Shown: positions 15,238-32,009 of the stretch, one piece after another
How the letters are laid out: every line of letters begins with the position of its first letter
Position numbering within the stretch: position 1 is the stretch's first letter
Assembly (NCBI GenBank): GCA_951406725.2
Contig: OX597816.1
Location: 162,254,001 to 162,318,000 of the forward strand
DNA length: 64,000 bases
Direction of reading: 5' to 3'
Origin: Octopus vulgaris
Lineage: Eukaryota
Translations under genes and position numbers: made by a program
The notes under the pieces: generated by a model
Seen by the model: the letters and a program-made list of their open reading frames with translations, nothing else
What the model was told of the DNA's origin: nothing
Databases searched by the model: none

Positions 15238-15703
15238 TATGCACACTAAAACACACATACACGCACACACACACATATATATATATATATACATATCTAC
15301 TTAAATATACGTATTCACATACAAAAACAATATATATATATGTATATATGATACGTATATATATATATACAAGTATTCATACATACATAACTATATACAT
15401 GCATGCATATATCTATCTATACAGAGAGAGGGAGAGAGAGATGTTATATTCACAAAATATGCATCTGTATATATATGCATGTTTCTCTCCGTTCCTGTTT
15501 ATTATGCACTTACGTCATTTTGAATGATCAGGATATAATTGAAACATCTTAACATGCTTCACGTAGGTAATAAATCTGTTATAGAAGGACCATTTAATAC
15601 TTACAACAACAACACCAACAGCACCAACGACAATGGTATCTATGATAGTAGGTATAATATCAATAATAATAATAATAATGATATAATCGTAATTAATAAT
15701 GGA

Positions 15704-18052
<2,349 letters not shown>

Positions 18053-18625
18053 ATGGTAGATGATGCAAATAAAGCTTTACATACTGGGGATTATGGTGAC
18101 GATGACTAAACTGAAGGTGTTAATAATATTCATAATAGCACAAAAAATAATGATGATGATGATGATGATGACGATGATGATGATGTTCAAAACAATAATA
18201 ACACTTGCAATAAGCCTAATAACAAAAGTAGTTGTGGTTATAGTAAATGGTGAAAGAGGGAAGTAGTGGAAATTAGTGGGGACATAGCGGGGGTTAAAAA
18301 AAATGACAATTATTTTTGAGGGAGGAAGTGGAGGAGAGTCACATGGAAAGAAAAGAGAGAGAGGGAAAGGTGAGAGTGAGAAAGGTGGAGAGCTAAATAG
18401 ACAGGTAGCTAGGTAGAAAGAGAGAGAGAGAGGCAGATAGATTGATAGAGACAGAGAGAGGAAGTGAGAGAAAGGTAACTGTTAAAGGAAAATATAGTTA
18501 TATAAATGGGAAAATAATAATTGATTGTAAAAGGTGAAAGGGGTGAAATAAATGTGAGGTAAAAGGAAAAAAATTAGGATTGAGAATGATAGAGTCAGAG
18601 ATAGATTAAGCAGATAGAATTTTGG

Positions 18626-18700
<75 letters not shown>

Positions 18701-19077
18701 GAAAGTGGAGAGAGAAAAGGGATATTATGAGAGAGGACACGTTGAAATATAAAAAGAAAATCCTTAAGGAAAATGGTATAATTGGGAAACTGTTGAACTT
18801 TAAATTGAATATATTTTAAATGGAGAATTTTCAATAATATTAACCTATACGCTCATACCCAAGCGTACACCCAAATATATGCGCACATATATCAGGAAAT
18901 GATATAGTCTATTATTGCTAATAAATGGTAACTCATGTTTCATACTCAGCATATGAGAAACAATCTGGTCAGCACAACCAAGTTTTCCTGAACACGTGCT
19001 AATATGTAAATTTTGCGATATTGACGGAAGAGTCAGAAAAATTTCAAGAGACTTCCCTCATTGTATATAAACATTAT

Positions 19078-19400
19078 TGGTGTGGCACTCTGTCCGTTAA
19101 GACGACTAACGGTCCAGTTGATCCAATTAACGGAACAGCCAGCTCTTGAAATCAACGTGCAATCCATCTGAGTACTCTACAGACATACGTACTGCGTATC
19201 CTTAAAATAATTCTCAGGCAGATTGAGCGTGACACACCAAATGTGTACTATAGGTAAAGCTAATTTCTGTTAGCTGAGTGAACTGGAGCAACGTGAAATA
19301 AAGTGTATTGCTCAAGGATACAATGCACCGCAGGGAATCGAACACAGGATCTTACAATCTCAAGCCGAGTACCTTAACTACTGGGCCATGCATCTTCACA
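19078..19400 (-). mobile_element. SINE family C (tRNA head plus CORE domain)
   Basis: Minus strand has tggcccagtagttaagg...ttcgattccc and ccttgagcaatacacttt; tail as in 52990-53312. Confidence 0.75.
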
Positions 19401-21038
19401 TAAACATTACTAGTTGTGAGTTATTTCCCTTGGAATATTAAAAACTAAAACAAATTGAATGTATAAGAAAAATGATTTTAAAAGTTATACGACTTAAGGA
19501 AGGGTGATGAGAATTTAGAGACGACTTTAAAATGAGAATGAACATGTAATGATTTGAATATTTTAGTGTACCACTGAGTACTTTGTCATGTATTGGAGTA
19601 AAATCAGGTGTTTCTATTAAATTTCAGGTAGAAAACAGAGAATATAAATTCTAAACAAGCAATAATACGATCGTCTAATGCTATAATAATTACTTGCGGA
19701 AGTGAGGAAATTTTGATACATTATTAAATAGTTTGATATTATAGTAAGTTTTCTGAGAACTGACCAAATCGTTGTGGGCAAGCATATCTGAAGGAAAAAA
19801 ATGGCACAGTAAAAAACACAAATGTTAACAAATTTGCAAACTAACGAAATTGCAGATCGGAGATCTTCACCAAATATCGACGCTTCAAGCAGTATCTCTC
19901 AGAATACTACTGCTAAAGCCAATAAACTCTATAAAAGCGCAATAGTAACGCGGTATATCCAAACATTGAGGTCCATAGCAGAGTATTAAGCATCATCATT
20001 ACTATCATAACATCATCATCTTCATCAACATTACCATCTTCATCATTGTTGATGTCGTTGTTGTTGCCGAAATCATCATCTTTATCAACAACATGATGAC
20101 CATTATTGTTATTACCCTTATTGCCTCCATCTCCATCACCACCATTATCATTATTAACTACAGCAGCAAGAACACCAATAACAACATCAACAACCACTCC
20201 TACTACATAATTTTAAAGTAAGTCTACAACATAATGGGAAAAAAAAAACAACTGAAACAAAATGGACACCATCGTTGTCAGAAGCAATTACGATTTCAAA
20301 TACTGTTGGGAAATAAACGCTGCTACACATTTTTTTCTATTACAGTATCGTGACGTCAGGTGTTACACGAATTGGTATGAAGAGAACCAACGCTTTAATA
20401 ATATCAACACATTGTGTGCCTAAACAAGGTAACACGGGCAGAGACAGTGAGAGAGACAGAGACAGAAAAACAAGTAAAAAATTAAACAGAAACGGTAAGA
20501 AACAAACTGGTTAAATGCGTGTGAGCGTGTTTGTCCGTTAATCTTTGTGGAGCATGAATTGTATAATGACTGGCAGGTATCTCATTGCCTTGAGTTGTAA
20601 ATCTCTAGATCACTAGGGCATAGACAGGTTGCAACAGAAGCATGAAAAATCGGATCATCGAGGTACCTTAAGACAGAAGCACAAACACATAGGCACACGC
20701 AGATATATATGCATGGATACATACATGTATGAGGACGTATGCATGTGCGTATGAATGTCCATATATATATATGTATATATATATACACGCACACATACAT
20801 AAACACAAGCGTGTTTGCGTTTGCGTGCGTATGTATCCATGTATATATTTTTATATCAAGTTATTTATAAAGCAATTTAACATTGAGTTGAAAGTGTTTT
20901 AGTGGGCTGCTTGTGGATCAAGTTATTAAAATGGAAATTTTTACAGTGGCCTTGAAGTATCGGCTGGCTCGCCGATATCACTGTTTGATGAGAGGAATCA
21001 AGTCAAAACTTCGGAGACACCGTCAGCTGTCTCATTAT

Positions 21039-21089
<51 letters not shown>

Positions 21090-21155
21090 AATAAATAAAG
21101 AGAGAATGAGAAAGATACAAGGGTGTGTATCTATGTATGTATAAATATGTGTGTA

Positions 21156-21194
<39 letters not shown>

Positions 21195-21295
21195 GTATGT
21201 ATATATATTTTATATAGATATATATATATATATTATATATATATATATATACATATATATACATGTGTATGTATATACACACACACATATATATA

Positions 21296-21480
21296 TCATC
21301 ATCATCATCATCGTTTAACGTCCGTGTTCATGCTAGAATGTGTGGGACGGTACCACAAGAGCCGGCCAAGGTGAAGCCTACAACAGACTTCTGTGAATGT
21401 TTTGGCAGGATTTTTACAGCTGGATGCCCTTCTTAACACTAACCACTCAGCAGAATAGACTTAGTGCTTTTTACACTGAT
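21296..21480 (-). mobile_element. RTE-related non-autonomous repeat 3' end with (GAT)n tail
   Basis: (cat)n cgtttaacgtccg...tttttacagctggatgcccttcttaac, a recalled RTE-derived motif. Confidence 0.45.
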
Positions 21481-21889
21481 GTGGTTGAAAAGTAAGCACA
21501 GCAACGCTTGCATATGTGTATATTTTTGTTAATATTTAGCAGAAGCAACAAAGCGTCTCAAGGTCCGAGAGTTTCGTGCGTGGCACATGTATATTAAGTA
21601 TAAGCAGAAATCACTAATTTCCAACTCCTATTATGTGTCCGAACACACACACACACACACGCACACACACAAACACATACAGATTCACCGAGAAGTGATA
21701 AATCACGGAGCCCGATGCGTAAGTACAAAGCGTTCTTGAATACATTCCAACTGAAAAACTCATAATCCCAGTACTCCGAGCTACATGTTTCCGATCATTC
21801 AGCTGTTAATTTCAACATGTTTCCCCTCGAAATATCTGTGGAACAATATTTTGAAATATTTACTATATTTTCTTTAAAAGTGCCTTTCG

Positions 21890-21976
<87 letters not shown>

Positions 21977-22045
21977 TTATCTATCTGTCTGTTTATCTAT
22001 CTATCTATCTTCCTTTCTTCCTTTTTGTCTATCTTTTTTAATGCT

Positions 22046-22131
<86 letters not shown>

Positions 22132-22134
22132 TAC

Positions 22135-22210
<76 letters not shown>

Positions 22211-23261
22211 GTACCTATTCTTCAGTCATTGCGTGTGTCTTATGTATAGCTGAAGTGTAAGTATCTGATATCAATATTTAACACATTTTTAAAGAAAAGT
22301 TTAATACTGATCATCATCATTATCATCATCATCATTATCATCATCTTCATCATCATCATCATCAGCAGCAGCAGCAGTAGAACTATCGACTGCTGCGCTA
22401 TCATCATCTGTCGTATTGCATGTATGGTTAGACGTGTAATAGCGAATCACCGTGTTACACAATTGAACGTAATGTGTGTGTGGTCATCGGAGATTTTGGC
22501 AATTACAGATCACAGGTTAAAGCAAATCGGTGACATTGACCTGCGGGTAAGAAAGATTGATTAAGACGAATGATGAAGGACATTTGCTGAAAGGCGACCT
22601 TTACAGGTTACGTGAAGTGAAAGTAAAAGCATATTTAAAGTTCGAGGTGAGTTCACGTGTGTAGCTAAGGGGATGTGGGGAAGTGAAATAGATGAGGTGT
22701 TAGATGCATTGACAGACACGCACATAGATAAATGTTTAGTTTTGGAATGTTGACAGAGAAGGGGAGAAAGAGAGAAAGAATGACAAACAGAGAGAGAGAG
22801 AGAGAGACAGACAGAGCGGTAGACAAGGGGAGAAAACAAGAGCTAGAGAGGAAGTGAGATTGTAATAGAGAGAGGGAGAGAGAGAGACGGAAAATAGATT
22901 TTTAGAAGAAACATTGTGTTAAATAAATAAGACTAAAGACACACATATACACATATACTCAAAGTCGCACGAACACATACTCACATAAAGACACACATAC
23001 ACACGCACACACATGGACACACACACACACAGACAGACACGCACACATCATACAAAAATACGCATATGTATACACTCAAAGAAGTAGCATTAAATTCAAC
23101 AATGACTCGAGCAGTTTCCGGCTCTGACCATACTTAAACCATATGCCACCACACTCCCGCGTGCACGTATGTATGTATGTATGTATGTATGTATGTATGT
23201 ATGTATGTATGTATGTATGTATGTATGTATGTATGCATGTATGTATGTATGTATGTATGTA

Positions 23262-23310
<49 letters not shown>

Positions 23311-23311
23311 G

Positions 23312-23343
<32 letters not shown>

Positions 23344-23539
23344 TGTATGTATGTATGTATGTATGTATGTATGTATGTATGTATGTATGCATGTATGTAT
23401 GTATGTATGTATGTATGTATGTATGTATGTATGTATGTATGTATGTATGTATGTATGTATGTATGTATGTATGTATGTATGTATGTATGTATGTATGTAT
23501 GTATGTATGTATGTATGTATGTATGTATGTGTGTATGTA

Positions 23540-23572
<33 letters not shown>

Positions 23573-23811
23573 GTATATGTATGTATGTGTGTATGTATGT
23601 ATGTATGTATGTATGTATGTATTTATGTGTGTGTATATATATATACACACAGACACAGGCGCCCGTCGTATATATATATATACATACTCTTAACTGCTTT
23701 TGGTATATATATATATATTATATACCCAAAACAGTTAAGAGAAGGTATATATATATATATATTATTAGTATATATGTATATGTATATATATATATTATAA
23801 GTATATGTATG

Positions 23812-23870
<59 letters not shown>
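21890..23870. repeat. (TCTA)n, (TA)n, (GA)n, (GATA)n and long (TATG)n arrays interspersed with unique DNA
   Basis: Directly visible; (TATG)n spans about 23167-23620. Confidence 0.93.
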
Positions 23871-23875
<5 letters not shown>

Positions 23876-24030
23876 TTATGAGAGGTAATGATGTCAATAA
23901 AACCCAAAGGTGTCAGGTAATGCTGAGTAAGTGGTATAGACAGACTACAGTTAAGCTCCAGGTTCGATGATTATGCGAATGAGGAGTCCAGCGTAGGTCA
24001 TATCACCATGTGTATATATAAAAAAAAAAT

Positions 24031-24500
24031 TTTTTCAGAATGCGATAAAAATCCAAGGCTGTGAAAGAATTTAGAATAAATAGAAGGTCTTACAGCTGTT
24101 TCCGGGATAATTGTTATATCTCTTTATCGGAGACGGTGTGAGAAAAGGGTTAAGCAATAGTTAATTTAGATAAGATATGAAATAGAGAGTGAAGTGGAGG
24201 AATGAAAAAATAGATGTGAGATATGCAAGGATATTGCATCTATAGATCTTATATGTGTACCATTCTACCTAAATAACGGATCTGCAAATGCAATATCCCT
24301 GCATATCTCACATCTATTTTCATTCCTCTACTTCACTCTCTATTTTATATCTTATCTAAATTAACTATTTCTTAATCATCTTCCCACACCGTCTCCTATG
24401 AAGGGATATAAAAAATATCCCGGAAACAGCTGTAAGACCTATTAATAAATGTTCTAAAATCATCACAGCCTTGGATTCTTATCTCATTCTGAAACAAAAA
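24031..24500. mobile_element. Inverted pair of PLE-like pseudo-LTRs, one HHR-like motif per arm
   Basis: Arms about 24031-24250 and 24278-24500; motif gtct-CCTATGA-A-GGGATAT/ATATCCC-G-GAAACAGCTGTA-agac at 24391-24438, mirrored at 24087-24134. Confidence 0.75.
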
Positions 24501-24600
24501 GTTGATCTCGGCGGAGTTTTGAACTCGGATCATAAAGAATCAAAGCATTCTTCCCTATGCTCTAACTAATCTTTTAATGTACTCCTCTCGCCGCCTTAAT

Positions 24601-24855
24601 AGTGGAGGCGGGTAGCTTAGTGGTTAGGGAGTTGGAGTCATGACCGTAAGATTGTGGTTTCGCTTCCTAGATCGGGCGACGCGTTGTGTTCTTGAGCAAA
24701 ACACTTCATTTCACGTTGCTCCTGTCCACTCAGCAGGCAAAAATGAGTAATTCTGCGATAGACCAGGGCCCAGACCAGGCAGCGAATATATATGCCATGG
24801 AAGTCAGGAAACCGGTCCTTATGAGTAAGCAGGACTCAAGGAAAAAGCTTTACAT
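24601..24855 (+). mobile_element. SINE family C variant (tRNA head, CORE, alternative tail)
   Basis: tagcttagtggttaggg...ggtttcgcttcc, then gtgttcttgagcaaaacactt. Confidence 0.75.
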
Positions 24856-24874
24856 CCCGCCTTAATGATTACCA

Positions 24875-25490
24875 TTCTTTCGGGGTCGACAAAAATGAGT
24901 ACCAGTTGAACACTGGGGGGGGGGCGATGTAATCGACTCGTCTCCTTTCTGGAATTGCTGGCCTTGTGCCAAAATTTGAAACCAATATAAAGTAACAATA
25001 TAATAATATTCAATAAAAGCGATGTGGTGGCAGAATCGTTAGCACGCACGGAAAAATGCTTAGCTGCATTTCGTCCGTCTTTACATTCTGAGTTCAAATT
25101 CCGCCGTGGTAGACTTTGCCTTTTTATTCTTTCAGGGCTATTAAAATTACTACCAATTGAGCACTAGTGTCGATGTAATCGACTTACACCCTACCCCGAA
25201 ATTGCTGGCCTTGTGACAAAATTTGAAATCAATATGATTTGATGCAATGATATTGAAAACTACGCAATGCTTTCTACTATCGGAACAAGGTTCAAAATTT
25301 TGAGTGTGGGGCAGCTATTCGATTTACATCGATCCCAGTAATCAACTGGTACTTAACTTATAGGCCCCGAAACGACGAAAGGTATAGTCGATCTCGGCGG
25401 AATTTGAACGCTGAACGTAAAGTTGAATAAAATTCTGTTAACCGTTTTGCTTGGCGTGTTATCGTTTTTGCCTGCTCACCGACTTGCCGT
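24875..25490. mobile_element. Cluster of SINE family B copies (+, +, -)
   Basis: Meta-like domain (ctttcggggtcgac...agtaccag) with a gctggccttgtg tail at 24875-24990 and 25020-25235; inverted copy at 25270-25490. Confidence 0.75.
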
Positions 25491-26029
25491 ATATTATTCA
25501 ATAAAGCGTAACATTATGATATAATACAATAAAATATTTAGAAAAAACTGAAGTAGCAAAAAAAAAATAGTTAACATAACATACAATACAAACTCAAGAA
25601 CAAAGAGCGAAGGAATATAAACCATAAAGACACCTCCGAATAAATTACTGGCAAATTACTTGGTCGAGCCAAAGTTTATATCCATTTATTTCGTTTTAGT
25701 GTTTATTCCTCATTTTCTATTTCAACCGTGAAGCGGCATAGGCTAGAAATTCCTTGATAAAAAAAGAATGAAGCAACACACACACATACACACACACACA
25801 CACACACACTCACATGCACACACATGCATACACAAACACACAACGCACACACACACATACATACAAAGAGTTTGCGTTATAAGAAGGAAGACGGTATTAA
25901 ATTATAAACCTATCCAAATTTATGTTTCCTACAAAACACCATAAAATATTTTTGCGGCGTTCCATAGATAGAATATACACAGCCTCCAAGATCTAAATAC
26001 GGCGTTGTGGCATTTTTTCTTGTTTCTGA

Positions 26030-26080
<51 letters not shown>

Positions 26081-26317
26081 GGGATCGTAATGATGTAAGC
26101 AAAGAGAGATGCAAAAAATGAGCCAAATGTCTTGCTACTAGTCCTTTCCTTTCGTGTTTTTTTTTTTATAAATTTAGTATGGAACACAGTAATTACAAAT
26201 ATAAGGTTTATTGTCGTACTTTTACTTTTCCGATTCTACTTGAAATATTCAAGATTTGCAAAAGAATTAAAATGGAGTTTTAACTTTCATTTTGATCCCC
26301 ACAAAACTGAATATTTG

Positions 26318-26420
<103 letters not shown>

Positions 26421-26771
26421 AAGATACTTATATAGGGTACCGAATATTCCTAGAAATATCACCACCAGTGGTCTAGCATGTATAAGTAGTCAATAGACAA
26501 CATATTCAATAGAAAATAGTGTACATTTAAACACAAGAGAAAACTACCCTTTAACAGGTAATTTTTATACGCTAGAAGAAGCAGCCAAAACGACAAAACC
26601 ACATTTAATAGCAATTTTCGAAGGAAATGAAAAATAAAAACTTTTACCTTGTTATTTTTTTGCGGTTATACCTAGATTTCAAATTTCTTTAGCAAATAAG
26701 ATAATTTGCTCGGCGAATTCTCATCAGTAACCGGCCTTAGTTTTTAAAAGATTTTCTCGCCTTACAGAACG

Positions 26772-26838
26772 TCAAAGTAATACACCTGTTTGTTGTTTGT
26801 ACACCTGCCTTCGTCTTTTGTTTTTCTGTAAATTTCAA
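26772..26838 (+). mobile_element. Tail fragment of PLE pseudo-LTR family P1
   Basis: taatacacctgtttgttgtttgtacacctgccttcgtcttttgttt matches 47930-47975. Confidence 0.55.
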
Positions 26839-26870
<32 letters not shown>

Positions 26871-27157
26871 ATATATAGGATCTCGGGCATCCTCCATCCG
26901 ATTGAGCACAAATTTGATATGTAGATACCGACGGTATCAGTGCATGTATAAGTCTTGAAAAAATTATAAAAATCGATTCCAAGTGAGAATGCGATCGATA
27001 AAGCCGTCGGAACGTGCATTTGTACGCGCAAGTAGATCAGCTGTTGTGATCGATTCTACGTGTACGCGAGAAAAATGCACGGTGTCTCAAATTTAGGTTA
27101 AATCAGTGTTTCTCAAGGGGAGGCCTATGGGACTGTCGGAGAAGTTGTTTTGAGAAA

Positions 27158-27189
<32 letters not shown>

Positions 27190-28257
27190 AGTATGTATGT
27201 ATGTATGTATGTATGTATGTATGTATGTATGTATGTATGTATGTATGTATTGTGTATGTATCTTAGATAGCAAGAAATGTTTTGTTGAAAGGAATGAGTG
27301 TTACCCTGGTAGTTTTTCTCCCTGTACTTAGTTGATCTGCGAGGGACATGAGACACGATGTAAAAACTTGATATTTTTGTTCGACATGTTAGAAACAGCA
27401 GTAAAGTCTCCCACATTAAGTTAATATGGCTGTTGTTGCTTTTAAATTTCTGTTGGTCATTACTGGTTTGCCTATAAGGATTGTTCTTCTCGATCAGATA
27501 ATAGATAAAAATAGTAGATAAAATGAATAGATAAGAGATACAATAATAATAGATTAAAATATAATAGATAAAAAAAGAAGTAATTATCATCTGTCCATGT
27601 AGGAAACCCAAATTTCAAATGTCAACTTCAGGTTGTTTTGAACCAGGATCGTCTAGATTTTAGACCAAACCTAATAAAATGAGCAACTGTAACGTCTTGC
27701 TCCCATAACTAACTCACTACTACTAAATTACTCTACCTGTCTGAATTAACGCCTGCTATAGTCACCATAAAGCATCATTCCGGTGTTCCATAGATAGAAT
27801 ACGCAGCTCCAAGAGCTAAATTTGACTTTATGTGGTGGGGGAAGGGTACACACATATCATCGTAGATTTGTTTCTTTTTCTTTTTTTGTCTTTTTAAGTC
27901 AATCTAGTACGGAATACTAGAATGACTTCTTTTCATAATATTTATGCTTCCTTTATGCAGATTTTTTTTCTCTCTGCCTGGAGTTTTACAGTTTCCGTTG
28001 GCTTCCCCTTGATTTTCTTCTTTCAATGTTTATTAGCAGATGCGTTTTTATATATTTTTTGTTCTATTTTCTTCTGTTTGTTCTGAGGAGTTATTGTCTT
28101 TGTTTTTGTCATTTATTTCTATTACACTGTGCAGCTTTTATAATGAGATGCCTGCTGCTACTCTTGAACATGCTGTAAAGACTTCTTGGACTTATATATA
28201 CATACATACATACATATATGCATACATACATACATACATACGTACATACATACATAC

Positions 28258-28297
<40 letters not shown>

Positions 28298-28299
<2 letters not shown>

Positions 28300-28405
28300 G
28301 TTAAATCCTCTCTCTTTCTTTCCTTTCCTGAGCGTCTAAGAACATTATACTTGTTCCACGTCCTCGTGTTGTTGTGTTTTCTCTTTGTTCATGTTTGAAT
28401 TAGCT
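28298..28405 (+). mobile_element. Fragment of PLE pseudo-LTR family P2 within (TA)n
   Basis: acgttaaatcctc...ttcctgagcgtc...ttgttccacgtcctcgtgttgttgtg matches 8258-8347. Confidence 0.6.
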
Positions 28406-28561
28406 ACATATACATATATATATATATATATATATATTTGAAGGTATGTATGTGTGTGTATATGAGATTGTATGTGTGTATGTATGTGCGTGCGTACGTG
28501 TGTGTAGTTATATATATGTATATATGTGTTGTTTTGCAAAATAGTGGTTTTGTCTCTAATA

Positions 28562-28592
<31 letters not shown>

Positions 28593-29066
28593 CCTATCTT
28601 TTATATATTCCTATCTTTTCCTTGTCATAGGACTGCGGCCATACTGGAGCACTGCCCTGGTGTGCTTACTGAAGCAAATCAACCTAGTGCCTATTTTAAG
28701 TCTGGTGTTTGTTCTATTAGCTCTTTTTGCCAAATTGCTTGATTACAGAGATATAAACAAACTGAAACAGATAGTGGAGAAAGAAATAGAAACACGAAGG
28801 CACAAATACACGCATACACATACACATACACAGACACATATAGACATACCTACATAAATATGTGTGTATGTGTGTGTGAGTGTGTGTGTGAGCGTGGAGA
28901 AAGAGTACGACGGGTTTGCATACAGTTTCTATCTACTAAATTCCCCAATAAATCATTGGTTGACTTCACCGTAAGCAACAGTTGAAGGCCCTTTATCTTG
29001 TACGTGGCTATGGCGGAAGGAGCTGGTGTATTATCGAAGGTAATTTTCTGAGTATTATTCGCGCCA

Positions 29067-29497
29067 TACTCTTTTTACTCTTTTACTCTTTTACTTGTTT
29101 CAGTCATTTGACTGTGGCCATGCTGGAGCACCGCCTTTAGTCGAGCAAATCGACCCCAGGACTTGTTCTTTGTAAGCCTAGTACTTAATCTATCGGTCTC
29201 TTTTGCCGAACCGCTAAGTTACGGGGACGTAAACACACCAGCATCAGTTGCCAAGTGATGTTGGCAGGTACAAACACAGACACAGATACACAAACATATA
29301 CACACACACATACACATATATTATACACATATACGACAGGCTTCTTTTAGTTTCCGTCTACCAAATCCACTCACAAGGCTTTGGTTGGCCCGAGACTATA
29401 GTAGAAGACACTTGCCCAAGATGCCACGCAGTGTGACTGAACCCGGAACCATGTGGTTCGTAAACAAGCTACTTACCACACAGCCACTCCTACGCCT
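29067..29497 (-). mobile_element. SINE family A, full length
   Basis: Head aggcgtaggagtggctgtgtggtaag...ccgggttcagtc, CORE-like cttgggcaagtgtctt, (GAGTAAAA)n tail. Confidence 0.9.
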
Positions 29498-29589
29498 ATG
29501 TATCTTTAAGAGTCACTGATTGCCGTAATGATGCAAATTACATACATTTCCTTCTACGAAGTATCAGCGTGCAATTCTACTGTAAATTC

Positions 29590-29825
29590 ACTTCGGCAGT
29601 TGTCCTCCTGTCTGTTTTACTCCTGATCTGATCTCAATACTTTTGCATTGTGACACTTGATAAATGTGTCTGCCGGGTTGTGGCCCTAATACCACTCGGT
29701 GCCAGACCAATCCGCCTTGGGTGGCCCTACCAGAAACCGAAGTTCCCGACGGCATAGCTCTGACACTACCCGTTGCCTGCGTCCCCACCACGGTGAGGAG
29801 GGGATGGACTTTGGGGACGCAGTTA
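29590..29825 (-). mobile_element. RTE LINE 5'-UTR-like fragment
   Basis: Minus strand ctcaccgtggtgggga...agagctatgccgtcgggaac...ctggtagggccaccca resembles the recalled conserved RTE 5' motif; hairpin gcgtcccca/tggggacgc. Confidence 0.55.
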
Positions 29826-30133
29826 ATCTAATTAACTCTACTCATCTCTTAACGTATTAGCTAGCGAAGTTAGAGAGGTGGTACTGGTGTCTTCAGGTAG
29901 CTATGTTTTATGTCCTCCTTTCAAATTACCATCATCTTTGGAACTGGTGCACTCCGTATATTTGCTCTTTAAACGTTTGTCAACTTCTAATGTGTGATAT
30001 TTTTTTCACTGCGCAACGTTTTTTTATTGTGTTTAAAGGAGACATAGATTAAGTTGTCTCAGTTTGTATTTTATCTCAGGATGTAGAAATACGAAACTAA
30101 CATACTGTATAACGGATATAATATATATGTCAT

Positions 30134-30495
30134 GGTGGAGGCGCAATGGCCCAGTGGGCAGGGCAGTGGACACGCAGTCGCAGAATAGCGTTTTCGATTC
30201 CCGTTTTGTTTATTGAACGAAAACACCTAAAGCTCCACGAGGCTCCAGCAGGGGGTGGGAGGCGAACCCTGCAGTGCTCTTTCACCACAACTTTCTCTCA
30301 CTCGTTCTTCCTGTTTCTGTTGTACTTGTATTTCAAAGGGGCCAGCCTTGTCACACACTGTGTCAAGTTGAATCTTCCCGAGAACTACGTTGAGGGTACA
30401 CATGCCTGTGGAGTGCTCAGTCACTTGCACGTTGATTTCACGTTAATCGGATCGATTGGAACCCTCGTCGTCGTAACCGACTGAGTGCTGCAACG
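30134..30495 (+). mobile_element. tRNA-headed SINE with the family C tail but a different central region
   Basis: A-box tggcccagtgg, B-box-like ttcgattccc; the tail ccctcgtcgtcgtaaccgac is shared with 52990 and 19078. Confidence 0.75.
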
Positions 30496-31158
30496 AGATG
30501 TCACGTTATAAAATACGAAACTAAAATACCGCATACTGTATAACATAGATGACACGATGCAGAAATACGAAACTAAAACTGCTTATAATGTTTAAAATAG
30601 TCATAAGCTGAATTGATTCTTCAATACTCGCTACCGCCGTTTAGTGATTGATATCTAACTTATCAATCTGATAAAGGACACATAGGTCGATCAGTGTAGG
30701 AATAAAACAACGGACCAAGCCAAGCAAACCAACATCAAATTTGCCAAGGAATTAATCAAAAGAACTCGTACTAAATTAACAAATTGAAATAATACTTTTA
30801 GTTGTTTCGTCATTTTTGTTGTTGTTGTTGTTATCATTATTATTATTTGCTATTGAATTTTGTTGTTTGGTTTTTCTCTTTCTTGTCAATATTTTCTTTC
30901 AAGTTCAATTCGATGACTAACGTCCATCGGATGACTAAGAAGTTCGTATCATAATGAAAAAGAACGGCCAAAAATTACTCACCATTAAAAATAAACATCG
31001 CCAGTTATAAATTACTATTTCCACTTCTTTCTGTTATTATTTTAAGAAACTAAAGCTTGATAAATGTATTTCCTGCAGAGTTTCATTTTATTTTTCCAGT
31101 CATTTTAAAGTTATACGCGAATTAAATTATATTCATTCATTCTTTCAATCATTTATTA

Positions 31159-31229
<71 letters not shown>

Positions 31230-32009
31230 GTCGTTGTTGTTGTAGTTGTTTTTTGTTGTCAAATTTTGTTTTCCTATCTGCAAATTCCTGGCTCGTTTCC
31301 TTGTGTACTTAACTTTAGTTCTAAACGGTTGTTTGTTTAGTTAACAGGTTCAAGTTAGAAGCTGGGTTAAAGTTGTGGCTGTCTTAATTCATTTTCTGAG
31401 ACACTGACCAAACTATAACGATAGCGCTTTTCAATTCATTGTGCTGGATTTATTCACTTCTTTTAACCTTTTAATTGTGTTAATCGTCGCACTGCTTTAA
31501 TAATGTGTCTGTGTGTGTGTCTAGTCTACACGGGATATACCGCTGCTACTGAAATCCTTTAACAACGAAAGTTAACGACGTAAAAATCGTATGTAGTCTT
31601 GCGACCTGCTAAAGATAGGAGCTAAAATAGCAATAGGATGCATTAGATAATGAAGGATGAGAAACAAATATTTAAAAGATGGAATGATCATAATCATGCC
31701 TGGAATATATTCGATCACATGTCTGATAGATCGGGTCTGATCTGGGGTTAAAAACAACACAACGTATCACAGTATCATTTGGAGTTCGACAATACCCAAA
31801 ATCCGAAATATGGGGTTTGTGTATTTGTTAAAAGCTTATAAATCCCTCTCGAATGTTTAGTAATAGAGTAAATGATTTCATAAGAAAATTTAACAGTTAC
31901 ATATTTAAGATATGAAGCAGAAAAGCGTATAATTTAATTACACTCTACAGCTGTTTCAAGAGAGTGAAAACATCAATTATAACGTTTTGTAATTCACATC
32001 TATAACAAG

